The notes under the pieces are model-generated. The model had not been told where the DNA came from, searched no databases, and saw only the letters and a program-made list of their open reading frames with translations. Shown here in pieces: positions 16,964 to 28,601 of a stretch of DNA of 64,000 bases. The translations under genes were made by a program, and so were the position numbers. Source of the DNA: a virus; UHGV virus genome UHGV-0371278; one strand, written 5' to 3'. How positions within the stretch are numbered: position 1 is the stretch's first letter; every line of letters begins with the position of its first letter.

Positions 16964-19495
16964 TTACGTCACTCGCTGGAAAAGGGTCGCGGAGTCAGCA
17001 GTGTTGGCATCCCGGTTGACTACATATCCCATGCAGCGCCAAGTTCCGGCAGGCCTTTTACCGCTATTGTAGTTTGCGGCGCAAGACGAGTAGATGAGAA
17101 TGGAACCGTCCACAACCACTCCCGGTTGAACGGTCGCGGTTCGAGCGCCATCGTCCAGAACCGCGAAAATGCCATAGGAGCCGACGCCTTTCAGACCGAC
17201 CTGAACCAGCGCTTGATTGATGTAGTTGTTGTAGTTCCCGGCGTGGATGACTGGGTAGGCGTTTGCCCCTAGGTTTCCGCCACCTACTTTGAGAACGTTG
17301 TCGGCATCCAAGCCGAAGTTGACGAAGAAATCGCCGCCCCGGTCGAATGTTACGGCTGCGGCCGCGCCTGCCGCTGCGCCGTTCTGCAGGTTGATGGCAC
17401 CGACTCGACCGGACGAAGCTATGTCGCTACCAGTTCCGGCGATGCGGTTGAAGACCATGTTTCCGTTGGTGGCGTTCGCGGCGTTCAAATCCACTTTCGT
17501 CGCCGGATCAAAGTTCCACGGCCCCCAGAATTCGTTTCCGCCCCAAACAGGAGTGCCAGCCATGGAATTCACGTGGGAACGAATGTTGGATTCGTCGGTA
17601 ATCACGTAGGCGTTATTGCCGAGAGACCAGCCGGCCCGCTTGAGCTGTCCATCCTTGTCCATCCCCAGATACCATCCTGTCTGGGAGTTGTCGAAATAAA
17701 GCGCGGCAGGCTCGCCACCATCTTTCCCGAAGATTTGAAGAGCAGCGTTTCCGTATGAAGCCGTCGTGGAACTGGAGCCCCATGTGTTCATGTTGCCGGT
17801 GTTGCCGTTTGTATTCCGAATCCCGGTCGGGCCGGCGATTCGGTTATTGGCATTCACAGTCAACTTGGTGGAGGGATCAAAGTTTCCAGAATCCCAAGGA
17901 GTGTATTGACCGGCAAACAGAGGGCGATTGTTGAATATGACGTTCGTGGACGCCCAGTCCCATCGCATGATTTGCGAGCGATAAGAGCCGTCAGGATTGG
18001 TGGTATTGACTGCGATCACCGCGTCGTTGTTGGCGCCCACGCCTTGTGTGAAGGTGAATTTCCAACCAGGCTGATCGGCAGTGGTGTTCTGCCAAAGGGG
18101 GCCAGAGTTCGCGATGTACGCGAGGTTTTTCGCAACATCCAGTCGCGGCTGGAGGAATGTAACATTCGACCTGCTGAACAGGATATCCTGGGTAGGACCA
18201 GCGGACCCCTGGCGAGAGTAGAACGCCATCGACCCATCAGCTTCAGAGATAAAGCGATAGTCGAAGTCTTTGGCGCGGTTGTTGTTGAAGTGGAAATCGA
18301 TGAAAGGCCGAGCGTCAGACAACTCCAGATTGGCGAACCACGGCGTAGTGTCTTGGATAGCGACGTTCGGCTTGTTGATGACGTCAGCCCAGTCCACTGC
18401 ATTCAGCTTTTGGGACGCGACGTAATCCTTCACCTGTTTCCAGCTGGGGGCCTGGTAATCTTGATCGGCGTTGCCAACTTGGATGCGTGGCGCGCCTGCG
18501 AGGATTCTCCAGCGGTCGCCTGCTGCGTCGAATACAAGCTCAGCGATGAGTCCTTGGCCAAGTTCGCCGCCGGTGAGAGGGAAGTTGGCCGCGCCGACGA
18601 TGGCTTTGGCGCCGAGTCCGGAGACGTTGATGGTAGACGCGCCGGTGTTCATGGTGTTGAACTTGACCCGGAGAATCATGCCGTCCACCAGGCCGCCTTG
18701 GAGCTGCGGAACGAGAGTCAAGGTGTAGGCATTCGCCGGACCGGCCGCGATTCCATAGGTTACACGGCCGTGTTGGAGGGCCATGACGTTTACAGCGTAC
18801 ATCCAGTTGGTCCAGGCCCCGGCATTGAGCCCGCGCACGGCGACGTTTCCGACGCGATCAGTGTAGCGTTGGACGCAGAACGTATTTGACCCGGACACCC
18901 AAGATTTCGCCTCCAGCATTCCAGCTGCTGCACCAGCCGAAGCGGGATATACGGGGGCGTTCTGAGAAGCGACGACCACTGAATCAGAGAAGAACTCCCA
19001 CGTCCCATTCAACAGGTCATTGAAGTTGCGGCCGGTCGTGATGACTTCTCCGCCAGAAGATAGGCCTGGGCCTCCAGCTGGCATCGGTATGTTGGAGCGC
19101 ATCACCGACCATGCGGGTTGTTCTTCCCAAGTCGTGCTGCTGAGAGGGTCTCTCACATTGGCATTCACCATGGAACGATAACGCCGCATTATGCCGTCAT
19201 TGCCGACTCGCACGACTTCTGCATTCTGTTCGTAGCCGCCAGGCATGTCCTGAAACCACGGCGGCGCCATTTGCCGCTGCCACGCCTGTGCGTTCTGGGT
19301 CGCGATGAAGAAGAGTTGGTTTTGAATTTTCCGCTCGACCGCTTTGGCCTGCGGGTTGTTCGACGCCAGACTGATTTCGTAGTCCGGCGTGTAGCCGTCG
19401 CGAAGGTTGGCAAAGCCAGTGGAAGAGGTCTGCGGGATCGGGTCTTTGTCGCCCTGCGCAGCAAACGGACTGGGTATCAGTTCGGGTGTGATCAC
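16964..19495 (-). CDS. tail fibre protein
   Basis: 843 aa, Gly/Asn/Thr-rich repeats; GTG start with AGGAG RBS overlapping upstream stop. Confidence 0.75.
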   Translation of the reverse strand: MITPELIPSPFAAQGDKDPIPQTSSTGFANLRDGYTPDYEISLASNNPQAKAVERKIQNQLFFIATQNAQAWQRQMAPPWFQDMPGGYEQNAEVVRVGNDGIMRRYRSMVNANVRDPLSSTTWEEQPAWSVMRSNIPMPAGGPGLSSGGEVITTGRNFNDLLNGTWEFFSDSVVVASQNAPVYPASAGAAAGMLEAKSWVSGSNTFCVQRYTDRVGNVAVRGLNAGAWTNWMYAVNVMALQHGRVTYGIAAGPANAYTLTLVPQLQGGLVDGMILRVKFNTMNTGASTINVSGLGAKAIVGAANFPLTGGELGQGLIAELVFDAAGDRWRILAGAPRIQVGNADQDYQAPSWKQVKDYVASQKLNAVDWADVINKPNVAIQDTTPWFANLELSDARPFIDFHFNNNRAKDFDYRFISEADGSMAFYSRQGSAGPTQDILFSRSNVTFLQPRLDVAKNLAYIANSGPLWQNTTADQPGWKFTFTQGVGANNDAVIAVNTTNPDGSYRSQIMRWDWASTNVIFNNRPLFAGQYTPWDSGNFDPSTKLTVNANNRIAGPTGIRNTNGNTGNMNTWGSSSTTASYGNAALQIFGKDGGEPAALYFDNSQTGWYLGMDKDGQLKRAGWSLGNNAYVITDESNIRSHVNSMAGTPVWGGNEFWGPWNFDPATKVDLNAANATNGNMVFNRIAGTGSDIASSGRVGAINLQNGAAAGAAAAVTFDRGGDFFVNFGLDADNVLKVGGGNLGANAYPVIHAGNYNNYINQALVQVGLKGVGSYGIFAVLDDGARTATVQPGVVVDGSILIYSSCAANYNSGKRPAGTWRCMGYVVNRDANTADSATLFQRVT

Positions 19496-19499
19496 GTCA

Positions 19500-21014
19500 T
19501 TACTCCTGAATGACTTTTACATCGCAACCGGCGCAAGTCGGCATGATACCGACCGCCCGGTCATTCATGAGGTTGATCAATTGCGGCGACAAATTAAGCG
19601 CCGGACCAACTCTGTATTCTAGCTTGAACGCCCCACTAGTGGGTAGGCCGATGTATGCAGGACTGGACAAATTGAATGTATCTTGAATCCCATCCCCTAC
19701 TGCGAATCTGGCCGGCTCGGCCGCAGTCCCACCTTTCCAGTCTCCAGTCCAATACGCTTCGGCTCCAGTCGGAAGAGGCTGGGTGAACTTGACCGTTCCG
19801 GTTTGGACGTTCTGCAGAACATAATCGGTGATGGTGGCAGGGGTTCCTGTGGTCGCCAAGTATCCGGTTGGAGTATCACCCAGTTCGATCTGAGCACCCC
19901 AAATTAGGACATCAATCGCCCCGCTGGAACTCGAATCAATCCAGCTGAAGTTGGTTTCTGCCGGAGCGACGTAAGCAGCGCGGAACGAAGAACTGACGGT
20001 TTTGGTCGTGAGAACGCAACGCCACCAGCCATCTTCCAAACGAATCATGCGAGCGCTTACCACGCTGCTGTCCAACATCTGATCGCTGATTACGTTCCCG
20101 GCGTCCAGATCGAAAACGGCATCGGCGCGACTAGGAAAGTCGGCAGCGGACTGGATTGCAATGAAACGGGTGGAGCCGGCTTTCGCGAAGAACGAGAATG
20201 TGACAGTTTTACCGGCCTCTAGCGGCCCATCTATCGACGCGGAGACGTAGGCGGTACTCCCGGCCGGCTTAGTAAGCTTGCACACCGTAGCGGAGCCGTC
20301 CGGGGCCGTAGCGGACGCCGTTTCGACCGTTACCGGACGGCCGCTCGCGGCCGGATCGACACCAGGCCAATCAGCGTCACTGGCAGGGGTCGATATCAGC
20401 ACATGGTTCGTCCTGGGCGAGCTAGACAATAAAACCATCCCTTCCCAATCTTTCCGATATATGGCCAAGTTCTCCACAGGTCCATTCTCGCCGGTTGAGT
20501 CCATGAGATAGAAGTACAACCCGGCCGCCACGTCCCACGGCTCATCATCGTTGAATATGTAGCGAAGCATGCGATTGATATATGCAATCGAGCCGTTCGA
20601 AATCAGCGCTACATATCTTAGCTGAAGCACTTTCCTGATTTCGTCCAAGTTGAGGATTTCGGCATTGCCGCCACCGTAGAAGTTGCCGCCCGGCGATGCG
20701 TCTGCAGGCGGCGGAACCTGATTCCCGCTATAAACGAAGTTATGGCGCAGCCGACCGAACGCCCAAGAGCGGTTTTTTTGATACAGGCCGAAGCCTTTCG
20801 AAGGCGTGCCGAGGATGATGCACCACACCACAAGGCCGAACGGGTTGGCAGTCTTCAAATTGAAAACGTCGCGCTCCCAGTTCACCCAAAATTGACGGCT
20901 GAAACGATCATACCATTGAGCTTTTCGCTGAACCAAGCCGGTGATCCCAGGAGCCTGGTTTTGGAGCCACTTCAGCGCCTGTTGAATATCGGAATTGTAC
21001 GCAGGCAAAGTCAT
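19500..21014 (-). CDS. baseplate/tail fibre-associated protein (I-like N-terminal domain plus C-terminal beta-rich putative receptor-binding domain)
   Basis: position between baseplate J-like and tail fibre genes; N-terminus MTLPAYNSDIQQALKWLQNQAPG...WYDRF. Confidence 0.5.
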   Translation of the reverse strand: MTLPAYNSDIQQALKWLQNQAPGITGLVQRKAQWYDRFSRQFWVNWERDVFNLKTANPFGLVVWCIILGTPSKGFGLYQKNRSWAFGRLRHNFVYSGNQVPPPADASPGGNFYGGGNAEILNLDEIRKVLQLRYVALISNGSIAYINRMLRYIFNDDEPWDVAAGLYFYLMDSTGENGPVENLAIYRKDWEGMVLLSSSPRTNHVLISTPASDADWPGVDPAASGRPVTVETASATAPDGSATVCKLTKPAGSTAYVSASIDGPLEAGKTVTFSFFAKAGSTRFIAIQSAADFPSRADAVFDLDAGNVISDQMLDSSVVSARMIRLEDGWWRCVLTTKTVSSSFRAAYVAPAETNFSWIDSSSSGAIDVLIWGAQIELGDTPTGYLATTGTPATITDYVLQNVQTGTVKFTQPLPTGAEAYWTGDWKGGTAAEPARFAVGDGIQDTFNLSSPAYIGLPTSGAFKLEYRVGPALNLSPQLINLMNDRAVGIMPTCAGCDVKVIQE

Positions 21015-22264
21015 ACGAAAGTCACCCTAACGTTACCTACCGAAATGGTAGCCTGACCGAATGCGCTCATGACGTATTCTGGCGAGAAGTCGCCGGGAGC
21101 CGGGGCCGGCGATCCAGCCGCGACGCAAGCCACCTGGCATAGTTTGATGTAGATTCCGGGAATCTCGCGAGCGATGGCCCCGGCGACTTCGAATGCCGAC
21201 AGGCTCGCGCCCACCACCAGCCCCTCTTCCCCTTCCACTTTCCCCTGGGCGTAATTGACCACTGCGTTCTGAATGGCTTCCGGAGCTACAGAGGAGGAAC
21301 CTTGCTGGACTGTTACGTTAACATATCCATCGTACATAATTGGAGTGGTCCACTTCACGACATACTTTCGACCGGACGCCGGATCGCGCACAGGAACGCC
21401 ATTCGGACCGTCCACCGGGACGCCGTTGTTCGTCGCGCCATAGTCCCAGGGAGTTCCGCCGTTGTGGGCCGTCCACAAGGCATCTGCGACAGCCTGCTTA
21501 TCCGGATTTCCGGCGACGCAGACCCATACCGCATACGGAAGGGTGAAGGATACGCCATTAACCACTTGGACCGTGCCAGTGTTGTTTTCGATGACGTTAA
21601 CCGAGGTGACGTTGGGCACGGCGCTAACATACGCCTTGATGGCCAGAGTCGAGTTGCGGCCTTGGAGGGCCAATCGATTCACGCGGGCATTCTTCAGCTC
21701 GGCATCGCTCATTTGGCGGCTGCCCGGATCGACGCGAGTGGAGGCGATGACTTTTGCTCCGGCCCAACCGATGGTTCCATCGATGATGATCAGATCTCCT
21801 ACGGGAAGAGGGATGTTTCCATATTCCTGCGATTTTACGTCGATGGTGGCGACTCCGGTTGCCGGAATCAGAACGTCACTCATGACCGTGAAAATCGCTC
21901 CGGCCGGAGTCTGCACACGCGACCCGGTGGAAATTCGGGTCTGGCTGCGGCCGGTCACTTGGACGCCATAGCCGAACGTCGAAAGATCAGAGCCGCGCTC
22001 GATTCCCATCAGCGCACAGATGGCGTCCAGGAACGTCCCGAAGGAAACGTTTGGGTTGATGGTGTTGGCAATGCGAGCTTCATTCCTCATCACGCTAGAA
22101 CGCGCAATGGTCTCAGCCGCGACCAGAGTTCCCTGGGGTGTTGAAGCCGCCAGGTTGATATTGGCGCCGAGGGCCGCTCTGAATTCCGCTTCAACGTCTT
22201 TCAAAACGTCAGCAGTATCGGCGACTATGACTCCAGTACCTACTATGTAGTCATAATTAGCCAT
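21011..22264 (-). CDS. baseplate J-like protein
   Basis: size and position in a Mu/P2-like baseplate order; ATG 22264 with GGGGTGG upstream. Confidence 0.6.
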   Translation of the reverse strand: MANYDYIVGTGVIVADTADVLKDVEAEFRAALGANINLAASTPQGTLVAAETIARSSVMRNEARIANTINPNVSFGTFLDAICALMGIERGSDLSTFGYGVQVTGRSQTRISTGSRVQTPAGAIFTVMSDVLIPATGVATIDVKSQEYGNIPLPVGDLIIIDGTIGWAGAKVIASTRVDPGSRQMSDAELKNARVNRLALQGRNSTLAIKAYVSAVPNVTSVNVIENNTGTVQVVNGVSFTLPYAVWVCVAGNPDKQAVADALWTAHNGGTPWDYGATNNGVPVDGPNGVPVRDPASGRKYVVKWTTPIMYDGYVNVTVQQGSSSVAPEAIQNAVVNYAQGKVEGEEGLVVGASLSAFEVAGAIAREIPGIYIKLCQVACVAAGSPAPAPGDFSPEYVMSAFGQATISVGNVRVTFV

Positions 22265-22318
22265 TACAACCACCCCGCTGTTAAATCAGAAAAATCAAAA
22301 TTAGCCATGAAATTCTCC

Positions 22319-23008
<690 letters not shown>

Positions 23009-23039
23009 CTAGTATAGCCTTCCCAGGCTCGCTTAGGAA

Positions 23040-23573
23040 TTATCCCTTTTTGATTCTGTTCTGTGATGCTTCGGACGCTAGAGCCTCATTCACGCTCTTC
23101 GCCGTCATGATGTCAATCATCTTAAAGGCATCTTGAGTCGAATAATACTCTTCCAACTCGCGCATAGAGGCTGAGCCGTTCGCGACCAAGCTCGCAACTA
23201 CAGAAGGTGAATGTGCCGTCTTCACGCTTTTGATATCTTCGACAAATCTGGATGGAATCTTGACTCCGGTCCAGTCTTTGAGAAAACCAAAGTTCCAGTC
23301 GATTACCACTTCGGACAGAAGTGCAAGAACTTGTACGGGAGCTATTACTTTCGCTCGATCAACGACATAAAGATTGATGTTCGCAGCGGTCAAGGGAAGC
23401 CAAACGCCTTCCGGTTGTTCCTCCGTATGGGCCAACACGTCGGTCCCTTTGAGCAATTCTTCCGGAGGAACATCATGGATTCCCGACATCATCCTGAGTC
23501 CATCGACCGCAGAGAATTGCCGCGAGTTGTAGTGCACGCCGAACATATTGAATGATTTGATTTCCCTGGCCAT
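23040..23573 (-). CDS. hypothetical baseplate/tail protein
   Basis: in tail operon, coupled starts. Confidence 0.4.
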   Translation of the reverse strand: MAREIKSFNMFGVHYNSRQFSAVDGLRMMSGIHDVPPEELLKGTDVLAHTEEQPEGVWLPLTAANINLYVVDRAKVIAPVQVLALLSEVVIDWNFGFLKDWTGVKIPSRFVEDIKSVKTAHSPSVVASLVANGSASMRELEEYYSTQDAFKMIDIMTAKSVNEALASEASQNRIKKG

Positions 23574-24436
23574 TACGCTGCTGGGCTCCCCATGACTTTG
23601 ATATAGAACGGCCGATCCCGGCTGGCCAAATCATACTCTAGAGCGGTGATCACATAGTTGCCGTTGACGCTTGGATTCATGAGAGATTCGACCGCTACGC
23701 CTCCAGCCACACGAATCGATGGCTCAAACAGACACTGGAATTCCACGCCCCATTCAGACCAAGATGGAATTCCAACAAACGAGTTGACGTTGGTCACCTC
23801 ATCCGGACGAATGACTTTATCGCGGTCCTTCACGATCAATATGTCATCATCGACGAACGCGGCCACGTCCGGCATGTACATATCCTGAATCGACGCCAGG
23901 ATTGCCGACGCGACAGTGATAGACCGGCCCGGATTCTTCAGAACTTGATCGTTGTAACTGGTATCGCAGATGAAGTTCAATCCCATTTCGTTCGCGCCCC
24001 ACTCGACGAACTTGACAAACGTCGTGTTGGCGGGCGGCATATTCCGAATGGTCTTCGTCCTGTCGATTTGCCTGGTATAGCACTGGATGCGGATTCCAAT
24101 GTCAGGTGGCGGAGAAATGATATCGACAATGGCAACTTCGCCGACAAAGACTCTGGAAACTTGCTCGCGCCCCTGGTCAGAGTAGCCGGCTTCCACCGAC
24201 ACCTTGATCATCAATTCATCTTCCCTGCCCACTTGACGTTGCCGGTGCTTCCACGCGGTGAACTGCGACAGAAGAGACTCGCGCAGCTGAGTGGTGAGGC
24301 CGAAAATTTCCATCGTCGCCCGGTTCTGAATCCGCAACGCAGCCTTCATAATCCGGACCCGAACATCCAGATCTTCGCGGATGACTTCGGGTCCATAAGG
24401 CATGTTGAATGTTACTCGCAGAATTCTCTTTTTCAT
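23573..24436 (-). CDS. putative baseplate hub / distal tail protein
   Basis: first gene after tape measure; stop/start overlap. Confidence 0.4.
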   Translation of the reverse strand: MKKRILRVTFNMPYGPEVIREDLDVRVRIMKAALRIQNRATMEIFGLTTQLRESLLSQFTAWKHRQRQVGREDELMIKVSVEAGYSDQGREQVSRVFVGEVAIVDIISPPPDIGIRIQCYTRQIDRTKTIRNMPPANTTFVKFVEWGANEMGLNFICDTSYNDQVLKNPGRSITVASAILASIQDMYMPDVAAFVDDDILIVKDRDKVIRPDEVTNVNSFVGIPSWSEWGVEFQCLFEPSIRVAGGVAVESLMNPSVNGNYVITALEYDLASRDRPFYIKVMGSPAA

Positions 24437-27018
24437 CAGTAGAGTATCTTAGTTGCGGAATCGTTTTGAGCGTCCTGGATTGCCGTAGTCAGCTGGTCTG
24501 CAGTCTGCTTGCTGAATATCTCACGAGCCTCTTCCGGAGAATTCGCGCCGGTGACGTTGACCAACATGTCGATCCGACCGATGGTCAGCTCCTGGCCGCG
24601 CTCTGGAGCGCTCTTCAGAAGTTGCTCGCCGTACGTCCTGAGAATATCCATTTCTCGCGATGCGGCGTTCACCTTGGCCGTGGCTTCGGCAAGCTTGGCT
24701 GGAGACAGGAATACGTTGTTGGCTTCGGTCGCGGCGGCCTTGATCTCCTGTTGCTTGCCCAGGATGGCTTGGTTGTATCCGAACAGCAAGTCAGAACGGC
24801 TGATTTCGCGGCGCATGATCTGGTTGGGGTTAACGCCGATCACTTGCGCGATAGCTCCGGCAGTGAGTTGAGCCTGGATGTTCTGCTTGGTCTCGCCGCG
24901 AACTTGATTCGGGAACTTCCGGAATCCAGAATCTGCCCGGTCGGCCTCTTGACGTCTAGACATCTTAAGGATTTCGCCGTCGCTGCGGTCTGGCATGCGG
25001 TCGATGATGCGAATTTCCGGTCGTACAACCCTGTCGTCATATCGACGGGCTTCGCGGCGCTCATCTTCCTTCTTGCCCTGGTCTGGGGTTTCCAGTCGCC
25101 CGCCATCATAGGGACGAATGTCCATGTCGCCGCCTTCCGGGGCGAACGTCTCGTTGGCGACGGTCATGGCCGCGGCCTTCTGCTTGCGCTGGGCTTCCTC
25201 CATCAGTTCAATTGGTGCGCTCATCACCAAACCAGGATATGCGCGAGTCCTTGGTCCCCAGTTCTTCGGATCGAGTCCGCCATGATAGTAGGTCAAGGCC
25301 AACCGCATGTCGCCATTTGCTCGATCTAGGTTTTCCCGCAGTAGGCGCGTTCCACCGAGGATGTTTTGGCGCGGGTCATACACATCGGTGATTCCATACG
25401 CCTTGGCGATTTCCGGCATCAGCTGCATGAGGCCTTTGGCTCCGGCTTCGCTGGTCGCTCTGGCATTGAATCGGCTTTCTGTGTATATGAGCTTCTTGAT
25501 GTCCAGCTCAGGAACGTTGTACATCTTAGACGCATCTTTGATGATATCATTGATGTACGATGGGACATTTATCGGCTCGGCCTTGCGCTGCGGCGAGAAC
25601 ATACGATTGCGCAGAGACTGGGCGCCGATAGGCTCGCCGAATACTTGACCAGCCGCGCCACTCTTCGACTGATCGTAGATCGCGTGCGGATAAACCCCTG
25701 TGGCTCGCGAAGTCGGCGCGGTGCTTCCCATGCCAACTGCGCGCCCGATTTCCCCCGCCCATGCCGCCCATGCTTGACGCTCGTCAACTGCATTGGCGAA
25801 CGATGATACGGCTCCGCTGAACATGTTGATCGCCACCGCAAAATCATTCGTTGACTTCGTAGTCTGGTCGGCCAATTTCTCCAGCTCTTTCATCGACTTC
25901 GTAGCTTTGTCCTGGTCTTCCTGTTTCTTGGCCAGGTCTTCGCTGGTTTGACCTTGGGAGCCTGGGACCTTCGACTTGTCGATTAATCCGGCCTCTTCCA
26001 TGCCGCGCCGAGTACCCCAGGAAGCCAGGCGACCTAGCAGAGCACCAGGGCTGAGAAGGGACAGAATATCGCCGCCCACCGTAGCCTTTCCGGTGATTCC
26101 ATCGTCCCAGCGGGCTTTCGTGTCCTTGGCGAATTCTTCCACTTCGTTGGGAATGGCCTGGACAATTTTGTCGATGATTTCGATCAGCTTGGTGAATGCA
26201 GGCGCGAGTTTTTCGCCAACGCGGTTTTCCAGAGTCGTGAAAGTTTGGTTGAGGTTTGCCAAAGCATCATTGAACTTCTGGATGTTTGACTCGCCCTTGA
26301 CCCTGGCCTGAAGCTCTTCTGACGTCATTTCAGTGACTTTGCCCATGGCCGGGCCAATCTTCGCCAGGGTACTCAGGTAATCTCGCGAGACGCCGAGGGC
26401 ATCAGCATAGGCCGAAATCTCGTCCGGTTTCAGCTTGGCCATCTTCGTGGCCAGCTCAGTGATTATGTCGTTGAGCGGCCGCATGCCCTTTTGGAAGCTC
26501 CCGACATCAACGCCGGCCATACGCAGAATTCGCGCTTCCGGGCCGACTCGCCCGATATCGCGATAAGCACGCCGGAAAGTGTCTGCCAGATTTTTGGTCA
26601 TCTCCGCGCCCTGCTCGCGGCTGATGGTTCCACCGGACTGGCGAACGAATTTTCTCTGGTACTCTTCCAAGCGTGCCGGGGCGATGCCGATGTCCATCGC
26701 CTGGATGCGCTGCTGATTGTACTGGTCCCTGGTGTTCATGAACGCCTTGACGCCGGCCGCGACCAGGGCCACGCCAGTGGCGCCTATCGCGAGCTGGGCG
26801 TTCATCCCGCGAATCGCGCTCGTCACGGCATCAACCTGCGGAACCACGCGGCCGAGCTCAGTTGCCGCGCCGTCTGCGAAGTGGCGCAAATCTTGAAGGC
26901 CACTCGTCGATGCGCTGTTCACGCGCCTGATCTGGTTCTGGAGGCGCTCCAGATTGCGCTCGGCTCTGGCAGTATCGGCCTCATACCGAAGTATGAATTC
27001 ATCCAAATCACTAGACAT
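24436..27018 (-). CDS. tail tape measure protein with C-terminal lytic transglycosylase (SLT) domain
   Basis: 860 aa, coiled-coil rich; SLT motif IYTESRFNARATSEAGAKGLMQLMP; RBS GGAGTG. Confidence 0.85.
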   Translation of the reverse strand: MSSDLDEFILRYEADTARAERNLERLQNQIRRVNSASTSGLQDLRHFADGAATELGRVVPQVDAVTSAIRGMNAQLAIGATGVALVAAGVKAFMNTRDQYNQQRIQAMDIGIAPARLEEYQRKFVRQSGGTISREQGAEMTKNLADTFRRAYRDIGRVGPEARILRMAGVDVGSFQKGMRPLNDIITELATKMAKLKPDEISAYADALGVSRDYLSTLAKIGPAMGKVTEMTSEELQARVKGESNIQKFNDALANLNQTFTTLENRVGEKLAPAFTKLIEIIDKIVQAIPNEVEEFAKDTKARWDDGITGKATVGGDILSLLSPGALLGRLASWGTRRGMEEAGLIDKSKVPGSQGQTSEDLAKKQEDQDKATKSMKELEKLADQTTKSTNDFAVAINMFSGAVSSFANAVDERQAWAAWAGEIGRAVGMGSTAPTSRATGVYPHAIYDQSKSGAAGQVFGEPIGAQSLRNRMFSPQRKAEPINVPSYINDIIKDASKMYNVPELDIKKLIYTESRFNARATSEAGAKGLMQLMPEIAKAYGITDVYDPRQNILGGTRLLRENLDRANGDMRLALTYYHGGLDPKNWGPRTRAYPGLVMSAPIELMEEAQRKQKAAAMTVANETFAPEGGDMDIRPYDGGRLETPDQGKKEDERREARRYDDRVVRPEIRIIDRMPDRSDGEILKMSRRQEADRADSGFRKFPNQVRGETKQNIQAQLTAGAIAQVIGVNPNQIMRREISRSDLLFGYNQAILGKQQEIKAAATEANNVFLSPAKLAEATAKVNAASREMDILRTYGEQLLKSAPERGQELTIGRIDMLVNVTGANSPEEAREIFSKQTADQLTTAIQDAQNDSATKILY

Positions 27019-27021
27019 GAA

Positions 27022-27450
27022 TCACTCCGGCTTGTTGGCGAGTCCTTCGGCGATCTTCATTGCTGGACCAATGAGCTTGGACGCCTCGGCCAGAAATGCG
27101 ATGGCCATCTGCGATCCGACTTGTTCCCAATAGTCCGGCCGGTCGGCGTGCGTTGTCGGATCGATGCCGTTGTGCTTGAGGACAGAATCGAAGACGAATT
27201 CAACGTTCTTCCAGTTGCCGAGGTGGTTGTTGATAACCGCAGCAGTAGTCAACGGAATTTCGGAATCATCGTCGCCAAGCAGCACTTTCGCATAGCTCAG
27301 GATTTCCATGGTGAAAGCGCGGCGGAAGTCGGCATCCTTGCTGACTGCGAACTCGACGAAACGGCGCTGGAGTTCCCAGCCGTCCAATGCCGACCACGCC
27401 TCGATTTGTACGCGAGTTTGACGGCCATCGGGAAGATTGATTTCAAGCAT
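27022..27450 (-). CDS. putative tail assembly chaperone
   Basis: small acidic protein immediately upstream of tape measure. Confidence 0.4.
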   Translation of the reverse strand: MLEINLPDGRQTRVQIEAWSALDGWELQRRFVEFAVSKDADFRRAFTMEILSYAKVLLGDDDSEIPLTTAAVINNHLGNWKNVEFVFDSVLKHNGIDPTTHADRPDYWEQVGSQMAIAFLAEASKLIGPAMKIAEGLANKPE

Positions 27451-27459
27451 GATACATCC

Positions 27460-28053
27460 TCAGAAGTAGCTGGTCACGCGATTATATAGCGATTTTGCGG
27501 CCGAAGATATCGAATCGCCGATGGCGCCCAAATCCAGCAAATTAGCATCAGAAAGAGATTGAATCTGTACCCCATAAGTCGGACTATCTTGAGGGAACGC
27601 AGGATCGAATTTATTCAATACTGGAGGCTCAACCTGCTCGAATTCCATATTGATCTCAGCCGCGTTCAACATGTCTGGAGACTGATCTACATCGAGCGCC
27701 ATGATGGCCATTTTATCGGCCAATATCGACTTAGAAGTGATAGCGAAAGTCGAGGTGTTATCATTGAAGGCGTTCATGATGCTTTCAACGGTGGACAGGT
27801 CCGGACAGATAGCATTGATGCGGAGTCGCACCGGTTGGATGATCTTTCCATTCTTCACATCAATGTCCAGAGCTTCGGTGTACACTTGAGCTTCCGTCTG
27901 GTCTTTCGTCGCCAGAGGTTTCGACACTACGGAAGCCGGCGAGTAAATTTCCACTTTCTTGACTTGAAGACTCTTCCAGACAGGAAGTTTGGTGACATCA
28001 TCGCGTATGGTGAGAGTAGGCGTGTTGAGAATAGACTTGAGGAAAGAGTTCAA
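27460..28053 (-). CDS. hypothetical tail protein
   Basis: position. Confidence 0.4.
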   Translation of the reverse strand: MNSFLKSILNTPTLTIRDDVTKLPVWKSLQVKKVEIYSPASVVSKPLATKDQTEAQVYTEALDIDVKNGKIIQPVRLRINAICPDLSTVESIMNAFNDNTSTFAITSKSILADKMAIMALDVDQSPDMLNAAEINMEFEQVEPPVLNKFDPAFPQDSPTYGVQIQSLSDANLLDLGAIGDSISSAAKSLYNRVTSYF

Positions 28054-28061
28054 TTGGCACC

Positions 28062-28601
28062 TCAGAACAAGTCTGCGGCGTTCTGGACGCCGTTCACTGC
28101 GTAGTCGAACAGGTCACTGGCCGAGCCAACCACGTCTTCAGCTAGGGCCAGCCCTCGGTCGATCATAGAAGAGTCCCCTGCATTTCTGAACATTATAGGC
28201 TTGGGATTCTGGACGAGAACTTGGGAGAATGTCAGCCGCGCAGGAGTCGCCGATATCATATCCGGAGTCTGATTGAGCGCTTCGCTGGTACACATCATCC
28301 GTTCGAATACCATGCCGCGAGTGATGACTTTGTACAGTGTGTCGCGATCCAGGAGCAATTGATTGATCTTATCGACGACATCAATTGAAGGGCAAAATAC
28401 TTCGACGATGATTTCCATAGGGTGGATCGTTCTGGAATCCATCTTGGTCGTACCATCTTCCAGCATGTGGCGTTGCCCTACAGAAGAAAACCGGGTGTTG
28501 GCCCGGCTTATCCTCAAATCCGCAGCAACTAGCTGGTTTGTGTTTTGGTCCACAATCGAAAAAGATCGCGAACTTAGGAGGCTGGTGAAAATCCCCAACA
28601 T
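28062..28601 (-). CDS. hypothetical tail protein
   Basis: position. Confidence 0.4.
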   Translation of the reverse strand: MLGIFTSLLSSRSFSIVDQNTNQLVAADLRISRANTRFSSVGQRHMLEDGTTKMDSRTIHPMEIIVEVFCPSIDVVDKINQLLLDRDTLYKVITRGMVFERMMCTSEALNQTPDMISATPARLTFSQVLVQNPKPIMFRNAGDSSMIDRGLALAEDVVGSASDLFDYAVNGVQNAADLF